Shown here one piece after another: positions 48,800 through 62,800 of a DNA stretch of 64,000 nt. The translations under genes and the position numbers were made by a program. The notes under the pieces were generated by a model. It was not told the origin of the DNA and ran no database searches. It saw only the letters and a program-made list of their open reading frames with translations. Source of the stretch: Tubulanus polymorphus (lineage: Eukaryota; Animalia; Nemertea). The DNA is taken from contig NC_134025.1 of the NCBI RefSeq assembly GCF_964204645.1, forward strand, positions 31,824,788-31,888,787. The letters run 5' to 3'. Every line of letters begins with the position of its first letter. Positions within the stretch are counted from its first letter, which is position 1.

Positions 48800-51700
48800 C
48801 CAGAGATGATTTTGATAAAACCAATGTCTCTAGTAAACTTTGCATCATTCATGAATCTACTCAACCAAAATAAATAAAATTGAAACCAAATTTTAGAATC
48901 TACAGGGCTTCATTTCTGAATGATTATTGTTTGTTTTGACTGGTGCGTTGTCATGGTGATGGCAAGGTGCTATTCTGGATCAGATGTCTGGAAAAATAGT
49001 AATTCCTCAAAACAGAGCCAAATTTCATCCTGAAATGAATAACTACACTTATTTTCATCGATATGATAATGAAATGAGTTTATTTGAGCAAAATACGTTA
49101 TAGAAATTTATCACAGAAATATAGAACTTGTAGATGTCGGCCGCGCCCCGCTGATAAACTAGGTGAAATACCTATTGTGAGTCACCGATTTAAGTTTTTA
49201 AGTTTCTTTGTTTGAAATACCGGTATTTTATTGGGAATATTTTTCACATAATTTTTCTGTGAACTATTGCACGGAAATCGCAACAAATTCCTAATTTCGT
49301 GGTATTATTTCCTGCAACTATCAATTCGGAGCGGCATTTAAAGTCTACCGCGGGCACTATCGTGAGCTCTTTACTTGGTGCCCGGAGCGCTAATGCCCCT
49401 GAGTCCTGGTCTCCTCGATCTGCGCGGACTACAGAACTAGCCCTCCCAAGTGGAGTATGTCCCATTTAAGAATGATGGCGGACGAATCAATCGCATTTTT
49501 CGCTTGAAATATTTAGAAGCTTCTCTTTCAACGCAGAAGCGACAGAATGTCTTCAAACCATTTCAACATTGAGATACAGTAAGTAAATTTACTTATGAAT
49601 CGAATACTTTTTTGTACGGTTGAAGGTGATTCGAGATGGAAGGTGTCGGAACACAGGGGCTTGTCACTCACAATTTGACGGAGGGAGGATGGATTGGATG
49701 ACACCAGTTGCCAGTATCCCTATCTATATAAGGATACTGGTGTGGTCCATCCTCAATCAAATTGTGATAAGCTCCTGTGTGTTGGACATAAAACACTCGG
49801 GTTTAACCGCCATGTCGAGCTGATGCGTGTAAAACTGTCGGCCGACATTCAAGATACAATTAGTAAAATGTATGATTAATATCAAGTGTGGATCGAGGCC
49901 TAATATAAACTATTATTATCAATGCAGATGGAGCATTTGAGCAGGGACTTGACACAAAAGGATTTTGACCCCAGTATCCTCAGTCTTTTTATACATAGTA
50001 CCTAGGATACTGGGGACTGGGGTTGAAATCGTTTTGTGTCAAGTCCCTGTGATTACTATCAATACAGATGTAGCATTTGACCCCGCGGATACCCTGGATT
50101 TTAGAGTGATTTCTCTGACAGGTTTCTATGTTTATTTCAGGGTGATGCTCAACTAAATAACTGCAGTCATGCAGGAAGTTCAAGCTGGAATAACTGTTTG
50201 GCGATGAAGTGAACAAGTGATCCCTCAATTCAGGTAGATATATCTTAAGGTAGGGGCACACGAGCATATTTTTTCGCCCGTTCGCGGCGAATTTATTAAT
50301 CGCCCGAAAAATTCGCTAGTGTGGCCACTCACGGCGACGACGATTTCGTCGGCCGACTCGATCGCCCGGTGAATCGCCTGTATCAAACATGTTTGATATT
50401 TTCGGCCGATTATTTACGCCGGCGATCAGATCGCTCGCAAATTCGCTCGTCTGCCCGCACTCAGCGAATTTCACCGATCAATCCATTTTTATCAACCAAT
50501 AGGATGCATTGTTGATATCATGTGATTCGTTAACTCTCTCCCTCTTAGTGCCAGTCGCTGACCGAATTTCGGTTTGATCGCTTTGTGTGCCCGCTCGTAT
50601 CGGGCGTATAATTTTGTCGGTGAATTTAATCGTCGCGATCGGGAGAAAAAATACGCTCGTGTGTCCCTAGCTTTAGGCCCTTGTCACAGACCTCTAGAAA
50701 CCAGTTTCAGTGGTGTTTTAAAACCGAGTTAACCAAAATCCAAGCAGGTTTTCAGCGCCGTTCTCAAATCATTGATGCCATCATGATTTGAAAGCTTGTC
50801 AAAGATTGCGGCTCAATTTACTGTGTTTGGGACTTTGCAAAATTTCGCTGCGATGAAATTAACTGTGGAAATATCAAACATGTTTGAATGGTGCGATTCA
50901 CCTGCTGCTGAGCAACGAACACGCTGCAAATTTCATTGTGAAATCTGTAATTTCAGACGGTGTGGGAATAAATTCATATAGTGTTCCCTGCTCTAAGTCT
51001 GAACCAATTTACCGTTAAGTCTTGTATGAAAAAAGATTGTAACACTGAAAATTCTTGGCACTAAAAGCATTTTGAATCTTGTTGAATCTGTTTTCATTTT
51101 TTATCTGATGAAGAAATAATGATTTTCAGTGTTTTGTATTATTTCAGACGTAGGCCTAACGCTAGAGTTTTATTTATTCTATTCAAAAGAAGATGATATT
51201 TAGATCAGGTTTGTTTAGTTACTCTTATTCATGTCGAATATTTGATATGATTTTTGTGAATTGCTCTAATGATGTTATAATGAATGTTGTTTGATTTATT
51301 TTCAGTCTAATGGAGGAGGATCTCAATAACTGAAACCTGCGACACGTCTACACCTGAAATTGACTGCACGTCAAATGAATGAATTATTGAATGTAAATGA
51401 CTGTGATGTTTAATGTTGATTAGAGGATTTGGACCAGGGTGTCTGATATATACTGATGAATAGTTACTACATGATCGCCACCTATTGGAATTTTGCTGAA
51501 CTACCAAATTATTGGATTGAACAGTATATCACAGACGCCATCTATTGGAAATTTAGAAATTTATGTCTTGAGTGTCAAAATAAACGTAAAATTTATTTTA
51601 GATAAACACTTAAAATCATTCTCAAGTTGAGTCTGAACTGTTTGTTTTGATCTGAATGTAGTCGATCACAATATCTGAGTGACTGTCAAAACCCTTTCAG

Positions 51701-52185
51701 GATTGGCACTTAACTATCCTATGAGTACAGAGATGATTTTGATAAAACCAGTGTCTCTGGTAAACTTTGCATCATTCAGAATCTACTCAACCAAAATAAA
51801 GAAACTTGAAACCAAATTTGAGAATCTATATGCGTTGTCATGGTGATGGCAAGGTGAAATTCTGGATCTGAGTTCGGGGAAAATAGTAATTCCTCAAAAC
51901 AGAGCCAAATTTCATACTGAAATGAATAACTACACTTATTTTTCATCGATATGATAAAATGAATTTATTTGAGCAAAATATTTCATAGAAATTTGTCACA
52001 AAAATATAGAACTTGACCTCGAATGATATGAAAGGGTGTTGAGTCTGGGTGACCTGTAGATACTTCAGATCGCACAGATGATGATGATGATGAAAACTGT
52101 TATTTGTGTTCTCCTCTTCTTCAGAATCAGACTATAAATAAATCAAGAAAAGATATCTGTATTTTTATTTTAAGAGTCATTATCA
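48800..52185. repeat. Duplicated block X'
   Basis: Colinear with 31812-34925; distal part visibly more diverged. Confidence 0.9.
50248..50672. mobile_element. 425-bp PIF/Harbinger (Tourist-like) MITE
   Basis: TTA TSD at 50245-50247 and 50673-50675; TIR aggtaggggcacacgagc / gctcgtgtgtccctagct; empty site tatcttaggccc at ~33371; CpG-rich interior. Confidence 0.9.
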
Positions 52186-52401
52186 GGCCACACCGAGGGG
52201 TAGGGTGAGAGGTTTGAGACGGACAACCATGAATGGTCCCACATCTCAAATATTACTACATATATTACTAAAACATCCTAAAATCCAGTTGCTACCTGGT
52301 TCAAGTTGACGTGTTTTGACTACATGTAATTTGACCAGTAACTTTGTGCCCCACACCAAATCCAGATTTATCAAAGTGACATAGTAAACAGTACCAAACA
52401 A

Positions 52402-52583
52402 TATATCTACCCGTACCTGAATTGAGGGATCACTTGTTCACCTCATTGCCAAACAGTTATTCGGACTGGAACTCCCTGATGACTGCAGTTATTTAGTAGA
52501 TCATCACCCTGAAATGAACACAGAAACCTGTCTGTCAGAGAAAGCACTCTAAAATCCAGGGTATCCACCGCGGGGTCAAATCT
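52402..52583 (-). repeat. Inverted, diverged copy of 50074-50244
   Basis: Reverse-complement match tttgaccccgcgg...caattcaggta. Confidence 0.85.
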
Positions 52584-52939
52584 GTAAACAGTATCTCATG
52601 AGACCAGTATCAATCGCCTAATCGTATCGAAGGAGTCTCTACGAACCTGTTCGCTGGACGTTCGTCGCCCGATAGTTTATCGAGACAATTATATGCCCTC
52701 CATATGATTTCTTCAGTCAGTTTTTATGTTACATCGTCTCGTGTACGACGCCGTCTCTATAATGAGATCACAAACATAGACTCGCCCAGTGAGAGGGTAG
52801 TCGGCGTCTTCAAGTTCCGACTTCCAGAATATCATTAAAAAAACTACCATTAACCAGTATAAACACCCCTAAAACCTCAATCAGTTAAGTATCAAGGCTG
52901 AAACAACCCCCGACTCGATATTTCAAGAGAAAACGTATC

Positions 52940-53200
52940 AAATACGCCCAGCCCATCCCGCTGTCGCAATAGCTCATCCCCCTATTGTTGCAACACAATA
53001 GAACACGCCACAATTGAAATATCCCTCGCACTAGCAATAGACGATATCCCCCAATTGAGATCGATTAGCCAATCAGCGGCCGCGTACTAAAGCGTGTCTG
53101 GACTTGTCGCAGGCGCCGGGAAATTCGATTTCAGCAATAAATCGAAATATCAGTCGAATCGTGCGCCATCTTTCGCTATTCTGATTGGATTTCACTCGCA
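52940..53200 (+). promoter_or_regulatory. CpG-rich promoter-like region with two CCAAT boxes
   Basis: agccaatcag ~53067, ctgattgg ~53181, elevated CpG. Confidence 0.45.
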
Positions 53201-56000
53201 AAGGAATACAATACGGAGAAAATGTTTTATAGGAGGTTTTTAGTGAATAAATGGAATATTTTCAATCGAAATGTGATAAAAATATTGCTATTTTGCGAAT
53301 GGATTTCATGAAAATTCTTAGACTGGACACGGAATTAAATTTACTTCAAAACGTGGGATTGGATGAACTTAAATAATCACTGGATCCACGTCGGAATCTG
53401 AGAAAAAGTTGCAGTTGTGTAAGTAAGTTTTTTTTGTATCAACGATGGATTTATTATTCTATACTTTAGGGATATATTTTTCTTGAACAATATTTAGAAA
53501 GTAAGGTAAAGTTTGAAATTTGTTCGTTACAAAATGCAACTTAAATTTACTAACGACTGGACTAATTTGACCCAACAATCAATATAGTGCTTTATGCATA
53601 GATTCTGCGCGATATTTCTCTTAAAAAAAAACCTCAGTCATCCTCATTAATCTGGGTGTCTAGTTGACTGATACAAATTACGTAACAGTAAAACAACAAA
53701 CTGCGTTACGATGATGAACTGTGTTTTTATGTCGGTTTGATAGTTTATACGAGTTGAATTTACATAAATAGATTATTAGAAATTAAACTCAGGAATATTT
53801 TGAGAGAGACTCAGTAAGAGAGCGGTGCCGCATTAGAGACACAGGGCGGGGTAAGAGAGCGGTGCCGCATTGGAGACACAGGGCGGGGTAAGAGAGCGGT
53901 GCCGCATTAGAGACACAGGGCGGGGTAAGAGAGCGGTGCCGCATCAGAGACACAGGGCGGGGTAAGAGAGCGGTGCCGCATTAGAGACACAGGGCGGGGT
54001 AAGAGAGCGGTGCCGCGTTAGAGACACAGGGCGGGGTAAGCTGTGTTTTAGGTCGCGCTCTATTATCAACTACATCTCATTTTGCTAATAATCACTGATC
54101 AGCTCTTACAGTAACTCAGTATACTAGTTTGATTCTTGATATAAAAAAAAGTCGAGGGCAGTAGGGATTTGTAATGGTATCAGGGGTAGATAGCAGACTG
54201 CAGAACTAGTTTCACTCGTTTCAGTATGAATCAGTTATGACTAAATGAGACAATTTGTAGACTGCGTTATGTTTTCCAGGGTTTGATTAGCTTAAAGTTG
54301 TATGATCGACAAATTGGTTACACATATTAATGTACTGATCTAAAGTTTATACATTGGTTAAATGGGACATTCGAAATAAATTCAAGTTAAATGATTTTCA
54401 ACTAATAAAACTACGATAGCGGTGTTGCATTAGTTCATCACGCAGGAACTTGTCACAAAATCATACACAGATACATTCAGTATTAAAACGGTCCAGTTTG
54501 AGATGATATTGATATTGTATTGTTAATGATTAACGTATAGTGACCTGCATTGAGTTTACGATGTAAAGAAGATGATTTAAAGTCTCGTGAAATGTGTCAA
54601 ATGTCATTGTTTATTGTTCTCGGACAATACGATACAAATGCCTACGTGATGCGCGTTCAAACGATTTCATCCAGTTTAGATATTCATATTTTGTATCAGT
54701 TAGCCAAACACCGACGAGTATGACTAACTTTGTATCCAATCACTGACGAGTATGACTAATTATGCGTCGAATCATTGATGAGGATGTTTTGGAAGCTGGA
54801 ACCGGTGTTGGCGGCGCCGACGCCTCATGAAAATATAAATTAATCATTAAAATTCAAATTTCAAGTTAAATCAATTGCTATAAGATATTTCTATAGTATC
54901 TGATTTATACTGATACATACTTCATACAGTTCGGAATGGATTGATATCTTCACTAGAGTCACCGCGCAGTTTATAGAGCGAAGATGGATTATGACCAGTG
55001 ACCCAATAGTTAGATAATATGAAATATGAAGCTTCATTGTGTTCGACCATTCTTGTCGTTCGTTGTGTCCAGCACAGATTATTACATCTGGGTGTCAAGT
55101 GTACATTATTCATATGACTGTCGGACTTAGAGGTGCTCGCACGTAATGTCTACAGTAAAAATCAGACATTTTAACATACCTACCTCTTGTGAACATATAT
55201 ACGAATTTATTCTGAATGGAATCGATTAATATGACCTGTTCTCAAAAACTGTGAACTGTTACTGGAAACTAAATTTCTTATTCAGGATTCCGGCACGTTA
55301 TTCAAAACACAAGGATTCAAATTGACTCAAAGATTATCATTGGATTCAACACACACAGGATTGGATAAACTGTAAGTTAGAAAAAAATTAACAGCTGAAA
55401 TTATGTTTTATAGGTTTAGTAAGTTATTAGGAACTTACTCGGTGAGTTAGTAAGTTATAGTATTACATGGAAATATAATGGGTTAATTTAAGTGATGAAA
55501 TTAGGGTGCTATGCGTGGTGTCCTGGGAGTTCTCAGTTGGAGGAAGCTGTTTGTTTATTCTGATGCTTAATATCTTAATTTCAGGATCCTGTATTTCATG
55601 CTTCTTTTTTTTCCAGGGTTTCTCTCTATTCTATTTCCAGGTGATTTTCTTTTTTTCAGAATTTCGGTTTTTTAAATCTATTGCTTTACTAGACAACGCC
55701 TATTATGTAAATAAATTATTTGAAATAAACATGACAATTTCAGGGTCATCGCTGAGACAAGACCCCAGAGGACTAGGCCACAGAGTACGTGTCTTCACCC
55801 CCAGCACACAAAAGAGTGGTCCGATTCAGGTGCGGCCTGTATATTCTATTTCAGTGAAAAGACCAAGACCCCCCTAGTCACAGAAGATTGAACCTGAAGT
55901 TGAATGATGATGACAGAGTGACTGAAGAACTCCGGTGCGACCTGTATAACATGTCTCTATTTCAGTATCCCCCTCCCTAACCCCTAAACCCGAGCCCGAA
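53200..56000 (+). ncRNA. Putative spliced lncRNA or 5' UTR exons
   Basis: GTAAGT donors at 53419 and 55372, ttcag acceptors at 55285, 55743, 55854 and 55965; no long ORF. Confidence 0.35.
53814..54040. repeat. 37-bp GC-rich minisatellite x6
   Basis: gtaagagagcggtgccgcattagagacacagggcggg. Confidence 0.95.
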
Positions 56001-56810
56001 TAGGTAGGCCGAATATATATAGGTTAGGTTAGAATAGTTAGTTGATAAATCTGTGAATTGAAACATAATTTCAGCTGTTGATATAAAATGCAGTTGTAAT
56101 TTCAAGTGGAACCTTTTAACAATAAAAAGTTGCATTTATTTACAATGAACTGGATTGAAAATGTTTGACAGTTTGTGAGTTAAGTGTGATTTGATTAAGA
56201 TGAAGAGTTGAACTGTTGAACTCTACTTCTTATAAAATACAAATGACATTTACTTACGTACAACTGGTTTCAGGTTCAGACAGCACCCACCCCACCCGGT
56301 CGGGTCCTATTCCTGTGGTACCTGGGTTTCTGGTTTATTTGGTTGAATTAATTTACTGATTTTGGTCGCGCTGTTTTTGATGTCGATATTTCTCGCGTAT
56401 ATTTTTAGAAGACGCAGTTTGTAATGTTGAAGTTTAGTTTAATTGATGATTCAAATCATTGAATAATTATACATTTAAATAATCCACACCTTGTTATTTT
56501 GAGGTCTCCTCTCAAATTAATCTCGTTATAGCAGCGGTTGTTTTCGTACCATTGAACATCAGTGTTTTATTGCAAACATAGAAATTCATTACATGAAACA
56601 GAATTAGAGTCAACAATTTATTACTATTATTCTATAGATTATAAATGTTGGATGTGGCTCGACCTTTAAGTCATCATTTCAAAGTCGTTTCGTGCTGTTT
56701 GATTTTTCTCACGGCAAGTCTAGGTAGGTAGGTCTCTGCCAATTGTAATTTTACGGGGTCAGTTACTCCAATTTCACGACCCTCTTATTGTATTAAAGAA
56801 GTTTCAAAAT

Positions 56811-59800
56811 TCACGATAAACAATAGATTCTCAGAATCAGAATTTTCTGGCTGCTTTTGGTTCTGAAGATGATGAATTCTATCTTAATTGATGGGTTAGG
56901 GTGTACTGAACTGATTTTCAATAGATTGGCTGAAAGATTCAGAATTTTCTGGCTACTTATGCTTCTGAAGTTGATGGATTCAAACTGAAAAGATGGGTTA
57001 AGGCGTATTGAACTGATTTCAAATAGATAGGTTGAAAGAACCAGAATTTTCTGGCTGCTTTTGGTTCTGAAGATGATGGATTCAATCTGAAAAGATGGGT
57101 TAAGGCGTATTGAACTGATTTCAAATAGATAGGTGGAAAGATTCAGAATTTTCTGGGTACTTATGCTCCTGAAGATGATGGACTCGATCTGAAATGATAG
57201 GTTAAGGTAAACTGAACTGATTTCGAGTAGATGGACTGAAAGATACAGATTTTTCTTGCAAAGTAGGGTCCTAAAGATGATGAGTTCTATCTTAATTGAT
57301 TGGTTAGGGTGTACTGAACTGATTTAAAATAGATAGGTGGAAAGATTAAGAATTTTCTGGCTATTTATGCTCCTGAGGATGATGCACTCGATCTGAAATG
57401 ATAGGTTAAGGTAGACTGAACTGATTTCGAGTAGATGGACTGAAAGATACAGATTTTTCTTGCAAAATAGGGTCCTAAAGATGATGAGTTCTATCTTAAT
57501 TGATGAGTTAGGGTGTACTGAATTGATTTCAAATAGATAGGTTGAAAGAATCAGAATTTTCTGGCTGCTTTTGGTTCTGATGATGATGGATTCAATTTGA
57601 AAAGATGTGTTAAGGCGTATTGAACTGATTTCAAATAGATAGGTGGAAAGATTAAGAATTTTCTGGCTATTTATGCTCCTGAGGATGATGCACTCGATCT
57701 GAAATGATAGGTTAAGGTAGACTGAACTGATTTCGAGTAGATGGACTGAAAGATACAGATTTTTCTTGAAAAATAGGGTCCTAAAGATGATGAGTTCTAT
57801 CTTAATTGATGGGTTAGGGTGTACTGAACTGATTTCAAATAGATAGGTGGAAAGATTAAGAATTTTCTGGCTATTTATGCTCCTGAAGATGATGGACTCG
57901 ATCTGAAATGATAGGTTAAGGTAAACTGAACTGATTTCGAGTAGATGGACTGAAAGATACAGATTTTTCTTGCAAAATAGGGTCCTAAAGATGATGAATT
58001 CTATCTTAATTGATGGGTTAGGGTGAACTGAACTGATTTCAAATAGATAGGTGGAAAGAATCAGAATTTTCTGGCTGCCTTTGGTTCTGAAGATGATGGA
58101 CTCAATCTGAAAAGATGGGCTAAGGCGTATTGAACTGATTTCAAATAGATAGGTGGAAAGATTAAGAATTTTCTGGCTATTTATGCTCCTGAAGATGATG
58201 GACTCGATCTGAAATGATAGGTTAAGGCGTATTGAACTGATTTCAAATAGATAGATGGAAAGATTAAGAATTTTCTGGCTATTTATGCTCCTGAAGATGA
58301 TGGACTCGATTTGAAATGATAGGTTAAGGTAAACTGAACTGATTTCGAGTAGATGGACTGAAAGATACAGATTTTTCTTGCAAAATAGGGTCCTAAAGAT
58401 GATGAATTCTATCTTAATTGATGGGTTAGGGTGAACTGAACTGATTTCAAATAGATAGGTTGAAAGAATCAGAATTTTCTGGCTGCTTTTGGTTCTGAAG
58501 ATGATGGATTCAATTCGAAAAGATGTGTTAAGGCGTATTGAACTGATTTCAAATAGATAGGTGGAATGATTCAGAATTTTCTGGGTACTTATCCTCCTGA
58601 AGATGATGGACTCGATCTGAAATGATAGGGTAAGGTAAACTGAACTGATTTCGAGTAGATGGACTGAAAGATACAGATTTTTCTTGCAAAATAGGGTCCT
58701 AGAGATGATGAATTCTATCTTAATTGATGGGTTAGGATGTACTGAACTGATTTCAAATAGATAGGTTGAAAGAATCAGAATTTTCTGGCTGCCTTTGGTT
58801 CTGAAGATGATGGACTCAATCTGAAAAGATGGGCTAAGGCGTATTGAACTGATTTCAAATAGATAGGTGGAAAGATTAAGAATTTTCTGGCTATTTATGC
58901 TCCTGAAGATGATGGACTCGATCTGAAACGATAGGTTAAGGTAAACTGAACTGATTTCGAGTAGATGGACTGAAAAATACAGATTTTTCTTGCAAAATAG
59001 GGTCCTAAAGATGATGAATTCTATCTTAATTGATGGGTTAGGGTGTACTGAACTGATTTCAAATAGATAGGTTGAAAGAATCAGAATTTTCTGGCTGCTT
59101 TTGGTTCTGAAGATGATGGATTCAATCTGAAAAGATGTGTTAAGGCGTATTGAACTGATTTCAAATAGATAGGTGGAAAGATTCAGAATTTTCTGGGTAC
59201 TTATGCTCCTGAAGATGATGGACTCGATCTGAAATGATAGGTTAAGGTAAACTGAACTGATTTCGAGTAGATGGAGTGAAAGATACAGATTTTTCTTGCA
59301 AAGTAGGGTCCTAAAGATGATGAGTTCTATCTTAATTGATTGGTTAGGGTGTACTGAACTGATTTCAAATAGATAGGTGGAAAGAATCAGAATTTTCTGG
59401 CTGCTTTTGGTTCTGAAGATGATGGATTCAACCTGAAAAGATGTGTTAAGGCGTATTGAACTGATTTCAAATAGATAGGTGGAAAGATTCAGAATCTTCT
59501 GGGTACTTATGCTCCTGAAGATGATGGACTCGATCTGAAATGATAGGTTAAGGCAAACTGAACTGATTTCGAGTAGATGGACTGAAAGATACAGATTTTT
59601 CTTGCAAAATAGGGTCCTAAAGATGATGAGTTCTATCTTAATTGATGGGTTAGGGTGTACTGAACTGATTTCAAATAGATAGGTTGAAAGAATCAGAATT
59701 TTCTGGCTGCTTTTGGTTCTGAAGATGATGGATTCAATCTGAAAAGATGTGTTAAGGCGTATTGAACTGATTTCAAATAGATAGGTGGAAAGATTAAGAA

Positions 59801-62800
59801 TTTTCTGGCTATTTATGCTCCTGAAGATGATGGACTCGATCTGAAACGATAGGTTAAGGTAAACTGAACTGATTTCGAGTAGATGGACTGAAAGATACAG
59901 ATTTTTCTTGCAAAATAGGGTCCTAAAGTTGATGAGTTCTATCTTAATTGATGGGTTAGAGTGTACTGAACTGATTTCAAATAGAAAGGTGGAAAGATTA
60001 AGAATTTTCTGGCTATTTATGCTCCTGAAGATGATGGACTCGATCTGAAACGATAGGTTAAGGTAAACTGAACTGATTTCGAATAGATGGACTGAAAGAT
60101 ACAGATTTTTCTTGCAAAATAGGGTCCTAAAGATGATGAATTCTATCTTAATTGATGGGATAGGGTGTACTGAACTGATTTCAAATACATAGGTTGAAAG
60201 AATCAGAATTTTCTGGCTGCTTTTGGTTCTGAAGATGATGGATTCAATCTGAAAAGATGTGTTAAGGCGTATTGAACTGATTTCAAATAGATAGGTGGAA
60301 AGATTAAGAATTTTCTGGGTACTTATCCTCCTGAAGATGATGGACTCGATCTGAAATGATAGGTTAAGGTAAACTGAACTGATTTCGAGTAGATGGACTG
60401 AAAGATACAGATTTTTCTTGCAAAATAGGGTCCTAAAGATGATGAATTCTATCTTAATTGATGGGTTAGGGTGAACTGAACTGATTTCAAATAGATAGGT
60501 GGAAAGAATCAGAATTTTCTGGCTGCCTTTGGTTCTGAAGATGATGGACTCAATCTGAAAAGATGGGCTAAGGCGTATTGAACTGATTTTAAATAGATAG
60601 GTGGAAAGATTAAGAATTTTCTGGCTATTTATGCTCCTGAAGATGATGGACTCGATCTGAAATGATAGGTTAAGGTAAACTGAACTGATTTCGAGTAGAT
60701 GGACTGAAAGATACAGATTTTTCTTGCAAAATAGGGTCCTAAAGATGATGAATTCTATCTTAATTGATGGGTTAGGGTGTACTGAACTGATGTTCAATAG
60801 ATTGGTTGAAAGATTCAGAATTTTCTGACTACTAATACTTCTGAAGTTGATTGAAACAATCTGAAAAGATGGGTTAAGGCGTATTGAACTGATTTCAAAT
60901 AGATAGGTGGAAAGATTAAGAATTTTCTGGCTATTTATGCTCCTGAAGATGATGGACTCGATCTGAAACGATAGGTTAAGGTAAACTGAACTGATTCCGA
61001 GTAGATGGGATGAAAGATACAGATTTTTGTTGCAAAATAGGGTCCTAAAGATAATGAATTCAATCTTAATTAATGGGTTAGGGTGTAATGAACTGATGTC
61101 AAATAGATAGGTTGAAAGAATCAGAATTTTCTGGCTGCTTTTGGTTCTGAAGATGATGGATTCAATCTGAAAAGATGGGTTTAGGCGAATTGAACTGATT
61201 TCAAATAGATAGGTGGAAAGATTCAGAATTTTCTGGGTATTTATGCTCCTGAAGATGATGGACTCGATCTGAAACGATAGGTTAAGGTAAACTGAACTGA
61301 TTTCGAGTAGATGGACTGACAGATACAGATTTTTCTTGCAAAAGAGGGTCCTAAAGGTGATGAATTCTATCTTAATTGATGGGTTAGGGTGTACTGAACT
61401 GATTTCAAATAGATAGGTTGAAAGAATTAGAATTTTCTGGCTGCTTTTGGTTCTGAAGATGATGGATTCAATCTGAAAAGATGTGTTAAGGCGTATTGAA
61501 CTGATTTCAAATAGATAGGTGGAAAGATTCAGAATCTTCTGGGTACTTATGCTCCTGAAGATGATGGACTCGATCTGAAATGATAGGTTAAGGTAAACTG
61601 AACTGATTTAGAGTAGATGGACTGAAAGATACAGATTTTTCTTGCAAAGTAGGGTCCTAAAGATGATGAGTTCTATCTTAATTGATTGGTTAGGGTGTAC
61701 TGAGCTGATTTCAAATAGATAGGTGGAAAGATTAAGAATTTTCTGGCTATTTATGCTCCTGAAGATGATGGACTCGATCTGAAACGATAGGTTAAGGTAA
61801 ACTGAACTGATTTCGTGTAGATGGACTGAAAGATACAGATTTTTCTTGCAAAATAGGGTCCTAAAGATGATGAATTCTATCTTAATTGATGGGTTAGGGT
61901 GTACTGAACTGATTTCAAATAGATAGGTTGAAAGAATCAGAATTTTCTGGCTGCTTTTGGTTCTGAAGATGATGGATTCAACCTGAAAAGATGTGTTAAG
62001 GCGTATTGAACTGATTTCAAATAGATAGGTGGAAAGATTCAGAATCTTCTGGGTACTTATGCTCCTGAAGATGATGGACTCGATCTGAAATGATAGGTTA
62101 AGGCAAACTGAACTGATTTCGAGTAGATGGACTGAAAGATACAGATTTTTCTTGCAAAATAGGGTCCTAAAGATGATGAATTCTATCTTAATTGTTGGGT
62201 TAGGGTGTACTGAACTGATGTTCAATAGATTGGTTGAAAGATTCAGAATTTCCTGACTACTTATAGTTCTGAAGTTGATTGATTCAATCTGAAAAGATGG
62301 GTTAAGGCGTATTGAACTGATTTCAAATAGATAGGTGGAAAGATTAAGAATTTTCTGGCTATTTATGCTCCTGAAGATGATGGACTCGATCTGAAATGAT
62401 AGGTTAAGGTAAACTGAACTGATTCCGAGTAGATGGGATGAAAGATACAGATTTTTCTTGCAAAATAGGGTCCTAAAGATCATGAATTCTATCTTAATCG
62501 ATGGGTTAGGGTGTACTGAACTGATTTCAAATAGATAGGTTGAAAGAATCAGAATTTTCTGGCTGCTTTTGGTTCTGAAGATGATGGATTCAATCTGAAA
62601 AGATGTGTTAAGGCGTATTGAACTGATTTCAAATAGATAGGTGGAAAGATTCAGAATTTTCTGGGTACTTATGCTCCTGAAGATGATGGACTCGATCTGA
62701 AATGATAGGTTAAGGTAAACTGAACTTATTTCGAGTAGATGGACTGAAAGATACAGATTTTTCTTGCAAAGTAGGGTCCTAAAGATGATGAGTTCTATCT

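Larger units (their letters stand above)
47188..48800. repeat. Truncated macrosatellite unit joined to block X'
   Basis: Unit homology ends at tatttactcc; continues agagatgattttg of repeat R. Confidence 0.9.

Noticed and set aside
57324-60797. TPR or ankyrin call based on the 34-aa period
   Set aside because: No TPR (small A/G positions) or ankyrin (TPLH) consensus; the starts in the ORF track are TTG, not real Met
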